Part shown: in pieces, positions 19,051 to 28,373 of the stretch
How positions within the stretch are numbered: the first letter of the stretch is position 1
Layout: each line of letters starts with the position of its first letter
Origin: an uncultured bacterium
GTDB taxonomy: Bacteria > Krumholzibacteriota > Krumholzibacteriia > Krumholzibacteriales > Krumholzibacteriaceae
Assembly (NCBI GenBank): GCA_963813815.1
Contig: CAWFAD010000008.1
Coordinates: 128,001-192,000, forward strand
Direction: 5' to 3'
Length of the DNA stretch: 64,000 bases
The notes under the pieces: model-generated
The model's input: only the letters and a program-made list of their open reading frames with translations
Told to the model about the DNA's origin: nothing
Databases searched by the model: none
Translations under genes and position numbers: made by a program

Positions 19051-22000
19051 GGCCGCTCGTTCACCCCCGCCCCGTGAAAGTAGCTCAGGATTTTCTCGTT
19101 GAACTTGAGCCGCATGCCGACGTGAAATCCCCGGCGCGAGTAACAGTTATCGGCCGTGTCCGTGTCCTCGCGCCCTCCGAAATCGTATCCGGCGCCGACC
19201 CACACGTTCCCGGCGACGACCCGTCCGGCCTCCACGCCGCCGCCGTAGCTCGTCGTATGAGTCTCGAGCTGGCTCACGACGCGAGCCGCGAGGCTCACGT
19301 CCCACCGTCCGCCGAACGTCCGTATGACCTGCGTCTGATACAGCACGGCCGACGCGGCGGCGGAGTATTCGCGGAAGGTGTTCTCGACGCGGCGCCCCGC
19401 GATCTTTCCCTCGATCTCCCAGTCGGCCGCCGGCCGCCAGTTCGCCTCGAGGGAGGCGAGGTTCTCGCGATCGATCCCCTCGGGATGCGCGGGGCTTCGC
19501 TCCTCGTAGCTCGAGCGGAGGAGCGAGAGAACCGTGAGCGCGTCGCCGCCGCCCGGCCTGACGGAGACGCCGAGCAGGCCTCCTCCCTTGACGTGATCGG
19601 CCTCGCGCTTCTCGTCGGAGAACCAGAGGTCTCCCCGGAGCAGCACGGCCAAGCGCTCGCCGATGCGCCGGAGCCCGGCGAGCTCGGCGAGATGCTTGCG
19701 GCGATCGGGCTCGAGGCGGAGCTCGTAGCTTCCCTTGAGCCGGTAGTCCCCGGCCGCGGGCGTGTAGGCCGCGTTCGTCGACCAGGAGAAATGATCGTCG
19801 ACCGCCTCGCCGCTCACCGTGGCGACCTTCTCGATCGCGACGACCGCCGAGAGCTCGTCGGAGAGCGCGAGGCGCTCCTTGACGCCGAATATCGCCTGCG
19901 CGCGCTCGCCGCTCATCGCCCCCTCGAGCTGGTACCGCGTGTACGCCTGGAGACGCTCCGATACGTTCGACTCGAGACCGAGCTGCGTGAGATGCCTCGT
20001 GCCGGTATGGCTTCCCGTCCGGTACTCGTGCTTGAGCACGGCCGAGACGCGGCGCCAGAGCCGCTGCGAGAGCTTCGCCTGTATGCGGTTCGGATACTCC
20101 TCGACTTCCTCGCCGTCGAGAATCTGGTCCCACTCGATCGCTCCGGCCGTCCGCTCTCCGCCGAGGCCGAGGCCCGTGCGCAGGAGGACGCTCCGGGCGT
20201 TTCCGTCGCGAGCGTCGTTCCGGGCGGCGGCGGCGAAACCCACCGTGCAATCGAGGCGCCCGGCCGTGTACCGCGCGGTGAGATCGCCGTAGCTCTTTTC
20301 CTCGTCCCGCTCCCGGAGCTCGTGCCGGAAGCCCCGCGCGCCGAGCGCGAGCGTCGGCGCGACCCGCCAACTCGCTTCCGCGCCGAGCTTGCGGCTCCCG
20401 AGCTCCGTCTTGCCGCCCGTGAAGGACGGATTGAAGAACGAGTCGTCGACGTCGCGGTAGTAGGCGCTCCACCGGAGGACGCGATCGCGTTCTCCCGCGA
20501 AGCGAATCCGGAAGGCGCTGCCGCCGCCGAGGACGAACTTGTCGCTGCGCGCGAGCTCGCTCTCGATCCGGACCCCGTCGGCGAGCCGGCCCGCGAGATC
20601 GACGCCGAAGAGCGTCGAATTTTCCACGCCCTCCTCCTCGAGCACCGCGGTCACACCGAAGGCGAGGCTGTCGGCGACCTCGAGCGAGCTGCGGACGCCG
20701 TAGATGAAATTGCGCTCCCCCGCGTCGCGGCATTCGTAGCTCACGACGATGGTCACGGGATCGAGGTTCTCGTCGAACCGGGGAATGGGCTCCTTGAAGA
20801 GAATGCTGCCGTCCTCGTAGTTGATGTCGTAGTCGCGGTTCACCTGCTGGTAATCCACGCGCAGGATCCGCTCGGAGAGGTAGCGGTCGCGAACCTCGAT
20901 GCGCACCTTTTCGCTCCCCTCGACGAGCGGGTAATGCTCGAGAAAATAGAATCCACTCGTTCCCTCGCCGGCGAGCTCTTCCTGATAGGTCGCCTGATCG
21001 GTGTTCGTGACGAACGCCCGGATCGAGCCCTGCGGCAGTCGCGCCTCTCCCGAGAGGCCGTTCATGGAGCGGTGGTATTTCGTGAACTCGGTGCTCGCGA
21101 ACTCCGTCCGAAAATCGCCGAGCATCGCCGAGTACCGGCGGTGATCGAGGCGCGCGAACACGCCGCTGCGGGAGGCGGTGTTGAACCGCAGCTCGCTCGC
21201 GTCGCCGTAGACCGGGTAGTACTTCTCCGGCTCGATGCGGCGGAAGAGCATGTCGTCCCGCACGGGCCGCGTGTTGATCGCCGCGGTGAGAACGTGTCCG
21301 GCGCGCACCTCGCCCTGCCCGTAGAGGGCGACCATCCCCTCGGCGTAGCCCCCGTCCGGATTGCGTTCGAGGGAGCGGTGCGCTCCGCCCGCCCCGCCGA
21401 GCGAGGAGTAGCCGAGCGCCCCCTCGCCGTACCCCATGAGGAACCAGCTTCTCTGCGGGCTCTCGTAGTCCACGCGGCAGGCGGCGGATGCCGTTCCGAG
21501 CGCGACGCGCACGAGCTCGCGCCGCGAGTCGCGCAGCGGGGGGAGCCTGAGCGTCACGCGCCCGCCGGCGGTCGCGGCCTGCACGCCGGCCTGCTGCGGA
21601 TTGACGTCGAGCGAGTCGACGAGATCGGCGGGGCCGGTCACCGCCACAAAAACGCCGTCCCGGACCGGGAGCCCGTTGCGGTCGCTCACGAGGAACACCG
21701 CCTCGGGACGAGAGACGCCGTCCGCCGGCGCCGATACGGTCTCGCGCTCGGCGACGATCGCGTGCGGCCGCCCCGCGAGATACACGTGCCGCACGCAGGT
21801 GCTCCGCCTGCCGCCGTACTCGCGGCACACCACGAGAATGTCGTTCCGGCCCTCCTCGATCTTGACCCCGTAGAAAACGGTGCCGAAGACGCCGGCGGCG
21901 ATGTCGATCTTCTTGAGCCCGATGCGGTCCCGTCCGATCGGAAGGCCGTTCACGTAGAGCTCGACGTCCGAGCCGAGCGGCGAGACGACGTCGACGTCGA

Positions 22001-24827
22001 TCTCTCCGCGGGAGTAGAATACCGCTCCCTCGGCGGGCCGGACGATATCGGCGCACAGGCCCGACGAGTCCGAAAGGGCGTACGTGCTCGTATCGGCGCG
22101 GGCGAGCTCTCCGGCGAGCCCCGGATCGCCGGCCGCCGAGCCGGCTGGGGGCACGACGCGGATCTCGACGCGCCGGTTCATCGCGCGCCCCGCCTCGGTG
22201 GCGTTCGTGGCGACCGGTTCGCGATCGCCTCTCCCCGTGTAGTCCATGCGATCCTCGGGAATGCCGTTCATTCTCAGCACCTGAAACACCGAGCGCGCGC
22301 GGGCGAGCGAGAGCTCGAGGTTCGAGGGGAACCGCGCGCTCGCGATCGGTATGCTGTCCGTGTGTCCCTCGACGAACACCGTCCAGCCCTCGTGCTCGCG
22401 GATCCAGAGCGAGAGGGCGGCGATTCGCGAAAGGGGAACGCCCTCGATCAGGGCCTCCCCCGCGCTGAAATGCGTGCCGGGAATCGTGATGGCGTCGAAG
22501 TCCGGCGTCCGCTGCGACGTGGCCGCGGCTCCCGCGGCGGCCGCCGGGATCGTCTCCGGGGCGTTTTCGGAAGGCCGCGCCGGCGGAGGACCGGCGAGCG
22601 CCGAGTCGGCGGCGGCTCCGGCGGCCGCTCCGCCCGCCGCCCGAACCACCGCGAAATCGACCCGCCGGTGGCCGCTCGGCGCGAGGTCGATGAGCGCTTC
22701 GCCCTTCTCCCCGTAGCCGAAATGGCCCGCGTCCCCGGCCGCGAGCGAGTCGGCGAGGGAGGAGGGATCGAGGCGCACGGCGTGCCGCCCCTCGACGACG
22801 CCCGGGATCGAGTAACGTCCGGCCGCGTCCGTCACGGCGTAGGTGCCGTCTTCGATGAACACGGACGCCCCCGGGACGCCCCGCTCCCCCTCGTCCCACG
22901 CGCCGTCCCGGTCGTCGTCGGCGAAAACGGCCCCCGAGATGACGCCGCGCCGCGTGAAGATTCCCTCGACGATGAGCACCGAGGCGCGCGCGGGGCCGTC
23001 GCTCGCGCGCTCGCCGGCGCTCGTCACGCAGTGCGCCCACGCGCTTCCCGTGAGCCTTCCCGTCTCCTGCCCCGAACCCACGCGGGCGCGGAAAACGATT
23101 TCCCGCTTCTCCCCCGGCGCGAGCGAGCCGAGGCTCCACGAGAGGGCGCCGCCGTCGATCGCGGGCGCCATGCTGCCGGTCGCGTACTCGAGACCGGCGC
23201 ACAGACGCTCGACGACCTCGACGCTGTCGAGCGTCGTTTCGTCCGCGACGTTCTCGACCGTCACGATGAAGCTGACGACGTCGCCGACCATGGCGACCGG
23301 CTCGCGGATCGACTGCGAGACGGAAACGAGAGGAATGAACGACTTGAGCAGAACGTCCTCGACCCGGTCGCTCGAGCCCGCGACCGAGAGGGAGGCGGCC
23401 TCGAGATCGAAAACGAGCTCCCTCCCGTCGAAGAGCCGGAATCCCTCCGGAGTCGATTCGAGCCGCAGCCCGACGACGACGGAGGCGCCGCGCGGAACGA
23501 CGCCGGCGAAGGCCCGATACCGCGAGAGGCTCTCGAGCGGCGCGCCGGTCGAATCGACGAACGCGATCCCCCATTCGGGGGGAATCGCCGCCGAATCGGC
23601 CACGGCCACCGAGATGCTGTCGTCGAAATTGCCGCCGTTCAGAATCTCGTGCCAGAGAACGTAGGAGCCGTCGGTGCCGTTGAGCGCCGCGACCACGCGG
23701 TCGGCGGGGGTTTCCGCCGGCGCGTCGGGGTCGCCGCGCGGGCCGATGGCGACGAGGCTCACGCGGCCCACGAGTACGAGGACCTCGTTCGAGACGGCCT
23801 CGCGGTCGGCGCCGGCACCGTCGAGATACGCGCACGACGCCCGGTCGAGAATCCATCCCTCGGGGTGATCGTCCCGCACCCGCGTCCGGTACGAGAAGGC
23901 GCCCGACTCTCCCGCCGAAAGGCTGTCGAGAAGGAGGCGCACGCCCTTCACGCGCTCGGCCGGAGGCTCCGTGGAGGTCCAGACGGATGCCGCCGCGTCG
24001 AAAAATTCGATCCGCCCGCCGAGGGACGAAGCGGCGGATCCCGCGGCGAACTCCGCGCCCGTCAGCACGCCGCCGTCGTCGATTCGCGACTCCAGCGCGA
24101 CGAGCGTCGCGGCCCGCTCTCCCGAATTCTCGAAGTCGATCGCGAAGCCGATCGTATCGCCCGGCAGCGCCGCCGCGGCGTCCGCCGAGAGCGAAAGGGC
24201 GACCGAGGCTTCCGCCCGCGCCGTGACGCGCACGACGTTGCCGCGATCGTACAATGATGTGTCCTCCGACGATCGCGCGACGAGATCGATGTGCGCCGTC
24301 TCTCCTCCGGCGAGGCCCGGCGGCAGAACCGCCTCGAGCAGCAGGAAAACCGATTCGCCCGGATCGAGCGGTCCCACGCTCGTGACCTCGGGCTCTCCCG
24401 CGTCGAGTGCCCCGTCTCCGTCGGCGTCGATGTACACGGCCGTCCGCGCCGGGACGAAGCTCGACGGTGCGGGATACGCGATCGCGAGCGCGAAGGCGTC
24501 CTCGACGTTCCCCGCGTTTTCCAGCCGGAACGGGAAGCGCACCGTCTCCCCAGTGAAGGCGAGCGCCGTCGCCGCGGGACTCGAAACGGTTCCGTCGGGG
24601 GTCAAGAGGGGGCCGTAAGCGGCGAGAACGCTCACGAAAACGGTGTTCGAAAAGATCGAGAGCCGCGCTCCATCGCGGTCGTAAACCGCCTCCGACCGGC
24701 TCGAGATGACCTGTCCGGCCGGCGGAGCTTGGCCGCGGACGAGCGAAGGAAACAGGGCGAGCCCCGCAACCACAAGCAAGAAAAGGGCTTGCCCCCTTCT
24801 CGATCGTATGGCCAACGGTCCGCTCAC
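19047..24827 (-). CDS. Very large DUF11/SdrD-B/OmpA-domain protein with C-terminal outer-membrane beta-barrel (putative anchor/usher)
   Basis: GTG after GGAGG; signal peptide; two DUF11-like domains; GAVFADDDRDGAWDEGERGVPGA; OmpA motifs VEGHTDS, NLELSLARA, NATEAGRAMNRRVEI; long amphipathic beta-strand region ending GFHVGMRLKF. Its stop overlaps the next start (ATGA). Confidence 0.85.
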   Translation of the reverse strand: MSGPLAIRSRRGQALFLLVVAGLALFPSLVRGQAPPAGQVISSRSEAVYDRDGARLSIFSNTVFVSVLAAYGPLLTPDGTVSSPAATALAFTGETVRFPFRLENAGNVEDAFALAIAYPAPSSFVPARTAVYIDADGDGALDAGEPEVTSVGPLDPGESVFLLLEAVLPPGLAGGETAHIDLVARSSEDTSLYDRGNVVRVTARAEASVALSLSADAAAALPGDTIGFAIDFENSGERAATLVALESRIDDGGVLTGAEFAAGSAASSLGGRIEFFDAAASVWTSTEPPAERVKGVRLLLDSLSAGESGAFSYRTRVRDDHPEGWILDRASCAYLDGAGADREAVSNEVLVLVGRVSLVAIGPRGDPDAPAETPADRVVAALNGTDGSYVLWHEILNGGNFDDSISVAVADSAAIPPEWGIAFVDSTGAPLESLSRYRAFAGVVPRGASVVVGLRLESTPEGFRLFDGRELVFDLEAASLSVAGSSDRVEDVLLKSFIPLVSVSQSIREPVAMVGDVVSFIVTVENVADETTLDSVEVVERLCAGLEYATGSMAPAIDGGALSWSLGSLAPGEKREIVFRARVGSGQETGRLTGSAWAHCVTSAGERASDGPARASVLIVEGIFTRRGVISGAVFADDDRDGAWDEGERGVPGASVFIEDGTYAVTDAAGRYSIPGVVEGRHAVRLDPSSLADSLAAGDAGHFGYGEKGEALIDLAPSGHRRVDFAVVRAAGGAAAGAAADSALAGPPPARPSENAPETIPAAAAGAAATSQRTPDFDAITIPGTHFSAGEALIEGVPLSRIAALSLWIREHEGWTVFVEGHTDSIPIASARFPSNLELSLARARSVFQVLRMNGIPEDRMDYTGRGDREPVATNATEAGRAMNRRVEIRVVPPAGSAAGDPGLAGELARADTSTYALSDSSGLCADIVRPAEGAVFYSRGEIDVDVVSPLGSDVELYVNGLPIGRDRIGLKKIDIAAGVFGTVFYGVKIEEGRNDILVVCREYGGRRSTCVRHVYLAGRPHAIVAERETVSAPADGVSRPEAVFLVSDRNGLPVRDGVFVAVTGPADLVDSLDVNPQQAGVQAATAGGRVTLRLPPLRDSRRELVRVALGTASAACRVDYESPQRSWFLMGYGEGALGYSSLGGAGGAHRSLERNPDGGYAEGMVALYGQGEVRAGHVLTAAINTRPVRDDMLFRRIEPEKYYPVYGDASELRFNTASRSGVFARLDHRRYSAMLGDFRTEFASTEFTKYHRSMNGLSGEARLPQGSIRAFVTNTDQATYQEELAGEGTSGFYFLEHYPLVEGSEKVRIEVRDRYLSERILRVDYQQVNRDYDINYEDGSILFKEPIPRFDENLDPVTIVVSYECRDAGERNFIYGVRSSLEVADSLAFGVTAVLEEEGVENSTLFGVDLAGRLADGVRIESELARSDKFVLGGGSAFRIRFAGERDRVLRWSAYYRDVDDSFFNPSFTGGKTELGSRKLGAEASWRVAPTLALGARGFRHELRERDEEKSYGDLTARYTAGRLDCTVGFAAAARNDARDGNARSVLLRTGLGLGGERTAGAIEWDQILDGEEVEEYPNRIQAKLSQRLWRRVSAVLKHEYRTGSHTGTRHLTQLGLESNVSERLQAYTRYQLEGAMSGERAQAIFGVKERLALSDELSAVVAIEKVATVSGEAVDDHFSWSTNAAYTPAAGDYRLKGSYELRLEPDRRKHLAELAGLRRIGERLAVLLRGDLWFSDEKREADHVKGGGLLGVSVRPGGGDALTVLSLLRSSYEERSPAHPEGIDRENLASLEANWRPAADWEIEGKIAGRRVENTFREYSAAASAVLYQTQVIRTFGGRWDVSLAARVVSQLETHTTSYGGGVEAGRVVAGNVWVGAGYDFGGREDTDTADNCYSRRGFHVGMRLKFNEKILSYFHGAGVNERP

Positions 24828-24972
24828 ACTGTTTCCTCCAGAAACGAAACGAGAGGTTGGCCCTTTCTCGGAAGCCAACCTCCAGTTCGGCGTTTTCACG
24901 CCCGATACGCTGGATGGTGCCGACTCATCGCTGCTCGCTTCTCGCTATCCTACCGCCCGTTTCTTGAAAGTC

Positions 24973-25002
24973 GTTGCGGGGCGCCTTTCGGCGCCCCGCA
25001 AC
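24973..25002 (-). terminator. Strong intercistronic stem-loop after the major DUF11 subunit gene (mRNA stabiliser or partial terminator)
   Basis: On the minus strand GTTGCGGGGCGCC-GAAA-GGCGCCCCGCAAC: 13-bp perfect stem with a GNRA loop, 12 nt after the stop, and no strong U-tract. Confidence 0.7.
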
Positions 25003-25014
25003 TCGCCGCGCCGA

Positions 25015-27711
25015 TTATTCCGCTATGATGCGAACGATAAAGGCCGCGCCGTCGGCCGTGCCCGCGCCGCCGGCGAGGGATCCCGCGAGCACCCAGCGAA
25101 CGTTCGTCACGCTCGCGTCGAAGCCCGCCGGAGCGCCGCCGCCGCCGCTCACGGGTGTGTAGGCCCACGTGGCGCCACCGTCATCCGAGAACTCGATCGT
25201 GATGCCCGTGATGCCCGGGGCGAGCGTTCCCGTGACGGCCGAGCCGACCCGGTACTGCGTCCACGCCGGGATCGCGTCATAGATTTCGATCGCCGCGAGA
25301 TCGGCGGTGCCCACGTTCGAGTAGTCGGTCCGGTAGGTGAGCTCCGTTCCCGGAAGCTGCGAACCCGACGGATTGACGGATTTCACGAGAACGAGATTGC
25401 CGGCGACGATCGTCGTGACGTCCGTCGCCGTGTCGGTCGCGCCGGTCGCCTGGCCCGTCGCGCTGATCGTCCCCGTCTCGACCGTGCCGAGCGGCACGCC
25501 CGACGGAATCGAGAGCTGGACGATGACGTTCGTCGAAGCGCCCGGGGCGAGCGTGACGGCCGCGATCGGGTTGTTCGCGAGATCGAAGTACGCGTACGAC
25601 CAGCCGTTCGAGCTCACCGCCGCGAACAGGAACGTGTCGCCGACGTTGCCGGTGTTCGTCACGGCGTGCTGGTAGCGCACCGTTCCGCCGCTCGTGCCGG
25701 TGCCGGCGCGATCGGGGTCGATGGTGACGGAGGCCGCCTGCAGAATCGTGACGGTGTCGGCGATCTCGTCGAAGACGGAGCCGTTATTGGCCGAGGTCGC
25801 CCGGAAGGTCACGGGATTGACGCCGGGAACGGCGCCGAGCGGCACGGCGACGCGCGCTATGACGTTCACCTCGTTGCCGCCCGCGATGGGGCCCACGCCC
25901 GTGATCGGGGTGAGCTCCGGCAGGTCGAGAAGGCCGTTGGCGTTCACGTCGAAATAGTACGTGGCGACCCAGCCCGCGGGAACGGAAGCGGAGAGGTTGA
26001 AGTTGTCGGTCGAGCCGCCCGTGTTGATCACGTCGAGCGCGAAGTCGACGTTCACGCCCGGATTGGCGTTCTGGTTGACCGCGACGTTGTTCGTGCCGGG
26101 AACGCCGTCGTAGTTGCCGATGTCGACCGAGGCCGGCGCGACGAGCGCGATCCGGTCGGTCGTGATGTTCGACTCGGCGGGATCGTTCGCCGAGACGGCC
26201 TGGATGACGGCGTCATACGGACCGCCGGCGCCGGCCGTGCCCGGGATGATGATCCGCACGATGAAATCGCGCGTGTCGCCGGGGTTGAGCGTTCCCACGT
26301 CGGGAATGCCGTCCGTGCCCGTGTCGCCGAGCGGCGTGACGCCGTCGCTGCGGAAGAAGAGCACGCTCCAGCCGGCGGGGATCGTCGAAGCGCCGTCGAG
26401 GACGATGTTGATCTCGTCGGCCGCGTTGCCGTCGTTCCGCACGGTGTTCGTGAAGGAGACGGTCGAGTTGGCGTACGCGAGCGGAATCGACTGCACGTCG
26501 TCGGCGTAGTTCGGCGGCGTGCCGGCGGCCGGCTGGCCGACGGGACCGACGAGCACGTCGGCGAGAACGTTCACGTTGATCTGCGTGTTGTTCGTCGGAA
26601 CGATCGTCGGATCGGGAGAACCGGGGTTGTTGTCCGTGAACGCGACGGCGCCGCTGTTGTTGATGATGCCGGCGCGCATCGTGACCGGAACGACGAGATC
26701 GTAGCCGAAGCTGTAGTTCTGTCCGACCGGGAGCGCGCCGTTCGTGAGATACGCCACGGCGATATCCCCGGCGCCCGCGATCGCGGACCATGCCCACGTC
26801 TCGGGCGAACCCGCCATCGGGCTTCCGGCGGGCAGGTACAACACCGATCCGCCCGCGGGGGCTCCGGCGGGGGCGCCGGAGAGCGCGAGCGGAAGACCCG
26901 TCGTCGGGTCGGTCGGCAGGGCGTCGTACATGAGGACGCCCGTGAGGCCGACGGAGGGAACGGTGACGCCGTTCGCGGGCTGGGTGCCCACGTTGGCGCC
27001 CGTGATCGTGTAGGTGATGACGTTGCCCGGATCGACGTTCGCGGGCACGCCCGACATCACGGCGGTGAGCACGGCGTCGCTCACGACGTCCGTCAGATGG
27101 TAGTTCCGTGTGTCGATGCGGGTCGGATCGCCCGCGGAGGCGCCCTCAACGCCGACGTAGGCGACCTCGCCGACGAGCGAGCCGGGAGGCACCTGATAGG
27201 TGACGAGGATGCCGACCGTCGTTCCCGCGGCGATCGGTCCGAGGTTGCCCGGAACGCCGCCCGAGGAAATCGCCGGTTCGCCGCCGTCGAGAACGCCGTT
27301 GCCGTTCGCGTCATAGTAGATCGTGATGTCGCCGAGCCCGAGCGTCATCGTCGTGTTGGCGGCGTCGAGCAGCGGCTCGATCGAGTATATGTCGGCGTCG
27401 TTGCCGGTGTTCGTGAGGCTGTAGCTGTAGTAAACGGTCTGCCCCGGTATGGCGGTCTGCGTCAGAGCCGGCGTCACGGGCGGGGTCTCGCCCGAATCGT
27501 CCGGAAGGATCGACAGCCCGTACACGGGGAGCACGATCGTCGTGACCTCGTTCGAGGTCGCGGTGTACGTGTTGCCCGAGAGGTCCTGGAACCTCGCCGA
27601 GGCTTGGTTCCGGATCGTCGTGCCGGCGGGGGTCTGCGCCTGCGCCGCCGAAACGACGCAGAGCACGACCGCCAGCATGGCGACGCCGGAGAATAGACGC
27701 GCCTTGAACAT
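25015..27711 (-). CDS. Secreted DUF11/Ig-repeat protein, putative major fimbrial (shaft) subunit
   Basis: GAAGGAG RBS; signal MFKARLF...AQA/Q; mature N-terminus QTPAGTTIRNQASARF; several (T/I)N(T/D)GNxxDx(F/Y/I) Ig repeats with D.NGNG.LD loops; C-terminal LVLVKSV..PG.ELTY...YSNVG......IYDAIP ending FIVRIIAE. Very Thr/Gly/Val/Ala rich. Confidence 0.85.
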   Translation of the reverse strand: MFKARLFSGVAMLAVVLCVVSAAQAQTPAGTTIRNQASARFQDLSGNTYTATSNEVTTIVLPVYGLSILPDDSGETPPVTPALTQTAIPGQTVYYSYSLTNTGNDADIYSIEPLLDAANTTMTLGLGDITIYYDANGNGVLDGGEPAISSGGVPGNLGPIAAGTTVGILVTYQVPPGSLVGEVAYVGVEGASAGDPTRIDTRNYHLTDVVSDAVLTAVMSGVPANVDPGNVITYTITGANVGTQPANGVTVPSVGLTGVLMYDALPTDPTTGLPLALSGAPAGAPAGGSVLYLPAGSPMAGSPETWAWSAIAGAGDIAVAYLTNGALPVGQNYSFGYDLVVPVTMRAGIINNSGAVAFTDNNPGSPDPTIVPTNNTQINVNVLADVLVGPVGQPAAGTPPNYADDVQSIPLAYANSTVSFTNTVRNDGNAADEINIVLDGASTIPAGWSVLFFRSDGVTPLGDTGTDGIPDVGTLNPGDTRDFIVRIIIPGTAGAGGPYDAVIQAVSANDPAESNITTDRIALVAPASVDIGNYDGVPGTNNVAVNQNANPGVNVDFALDVINTGGSTDNFNLSASVPAGWVATYYFDVNANGLLDLPELTPITGVGPIAGGNEVNVIARVAVPLGAVPGVNPVTFRATSANNGSVFDEIADTVTILQAASVTIDPDRAGTGTSGGTVRYQHAVTNTGNVGDTFLFAAVSSNGWSYAYFDLANNPIAAVTLAPGASTNVIVQLSIPSGVPLGTVETGTISATGQATGATDTATDVTTIVAGNLVLVKSVNPSGSQLPGTELTYRTDYSNVGTADLAAIEIYDAIPAWTQYRVGSAVTGTLAPGITGITIEFSDDGGATWAYTPVSGGGGAPAGFDASVTNVRWVLAGSLAGGAGTADGAAFIVRIIAE

Positions 27712-27767
27712 TTGAAACCACACTCCTTCGTGAAGCTCCCGCGAACGGCCGCGCGCGGCCGAACGGG

Positions 27768-28259
27768 TTACTTCACCTGCACGCGATAGGAGACCGAAAC
27801 TTCCTTGCCGACCTCGAGAACGCTCGAGATGTCCCACATGATGTGCGTATACATATCGGGTGTCGCGACGCGCGGCTCCTCGATGCCCCGTTCGTTTACG
27901 ACGTTGTAGCGAACGGGAGCTTCGTGGAACGACTTGCCGCCGTCGATGCTGTAGCTGGTCTTCGCGGCGCCGCTCTCGGTCGCGGTCTTCTCCAGGTACT
28001 CGGTCCCCGCGGGGATCGGCCCCACGAGGCTCACCCCGGAGGCCGGAGCGTCGCCGACGTTGCGGTAGCGCAGCGTGTACTCGAGACGGTCGCTCGGAAA
28101 GACCTTCTCCGCGGAAACCGCGGTCTCGCGGTTTTCCGCGTCAACGACGATCTTCCGGGCTTCCATCGTGCCGGCGAGGGTCGGCCCCTTGCCGTACGCT
28201 GATGCGGAGAGCGATGCGACGATGAGGAAAATGGTCGCAACGACGAAACTCGCTCTCAT
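27768..28259 (-). CDS. Small secreted single DUF11-like domain protein (163 aa)
   Basis: RBS GGAGGGAGAGGG; signal peptide; VFPSDRLEYTLRYRNVG..PASGVSLVGPIPAGTEY; YSIDGGKSF; ends VSYRVQVK. Confidence 0.85.
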   Translation of the reverse strand: MRASFVVATIFLIVASLSASAYGKGPTLAGTMEARKIVVDAENRETAVSAEKVFPSDRLEYTLRYRNVGDAPASGVSLVGPIPAGTEYLEKTATESGAAKTSYSIDGGKSFHEAPVRYNVVNERGIEEPRVATPDMYTHIMWDISSVLEVGKEVSVSYRVQVK

Positions 28260-28373
28260 TCCCTCTCCCTCCTTTTTGCGCTCCTCCCGGGGAGGAGCCG
28301 GTGAAACGAACCATAGCCGCCCCCTGCTCGATGAGCGGGACGGCGCTCGCAAATTTTCCCATCCGAGACAAAG

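Noticed and set aside
19074..24257. Very long antisense and alternative-frame ORFs (1727 aa here; also 10357-14037, 15559-19077, 24706-27696, 58309-61827 and others)
   Set aside because: Shadow ORFs expected at high GC with strong codon bias; they are Arg/Gly/Ala-rich, have no motifs and lie opposite well-supported genes.
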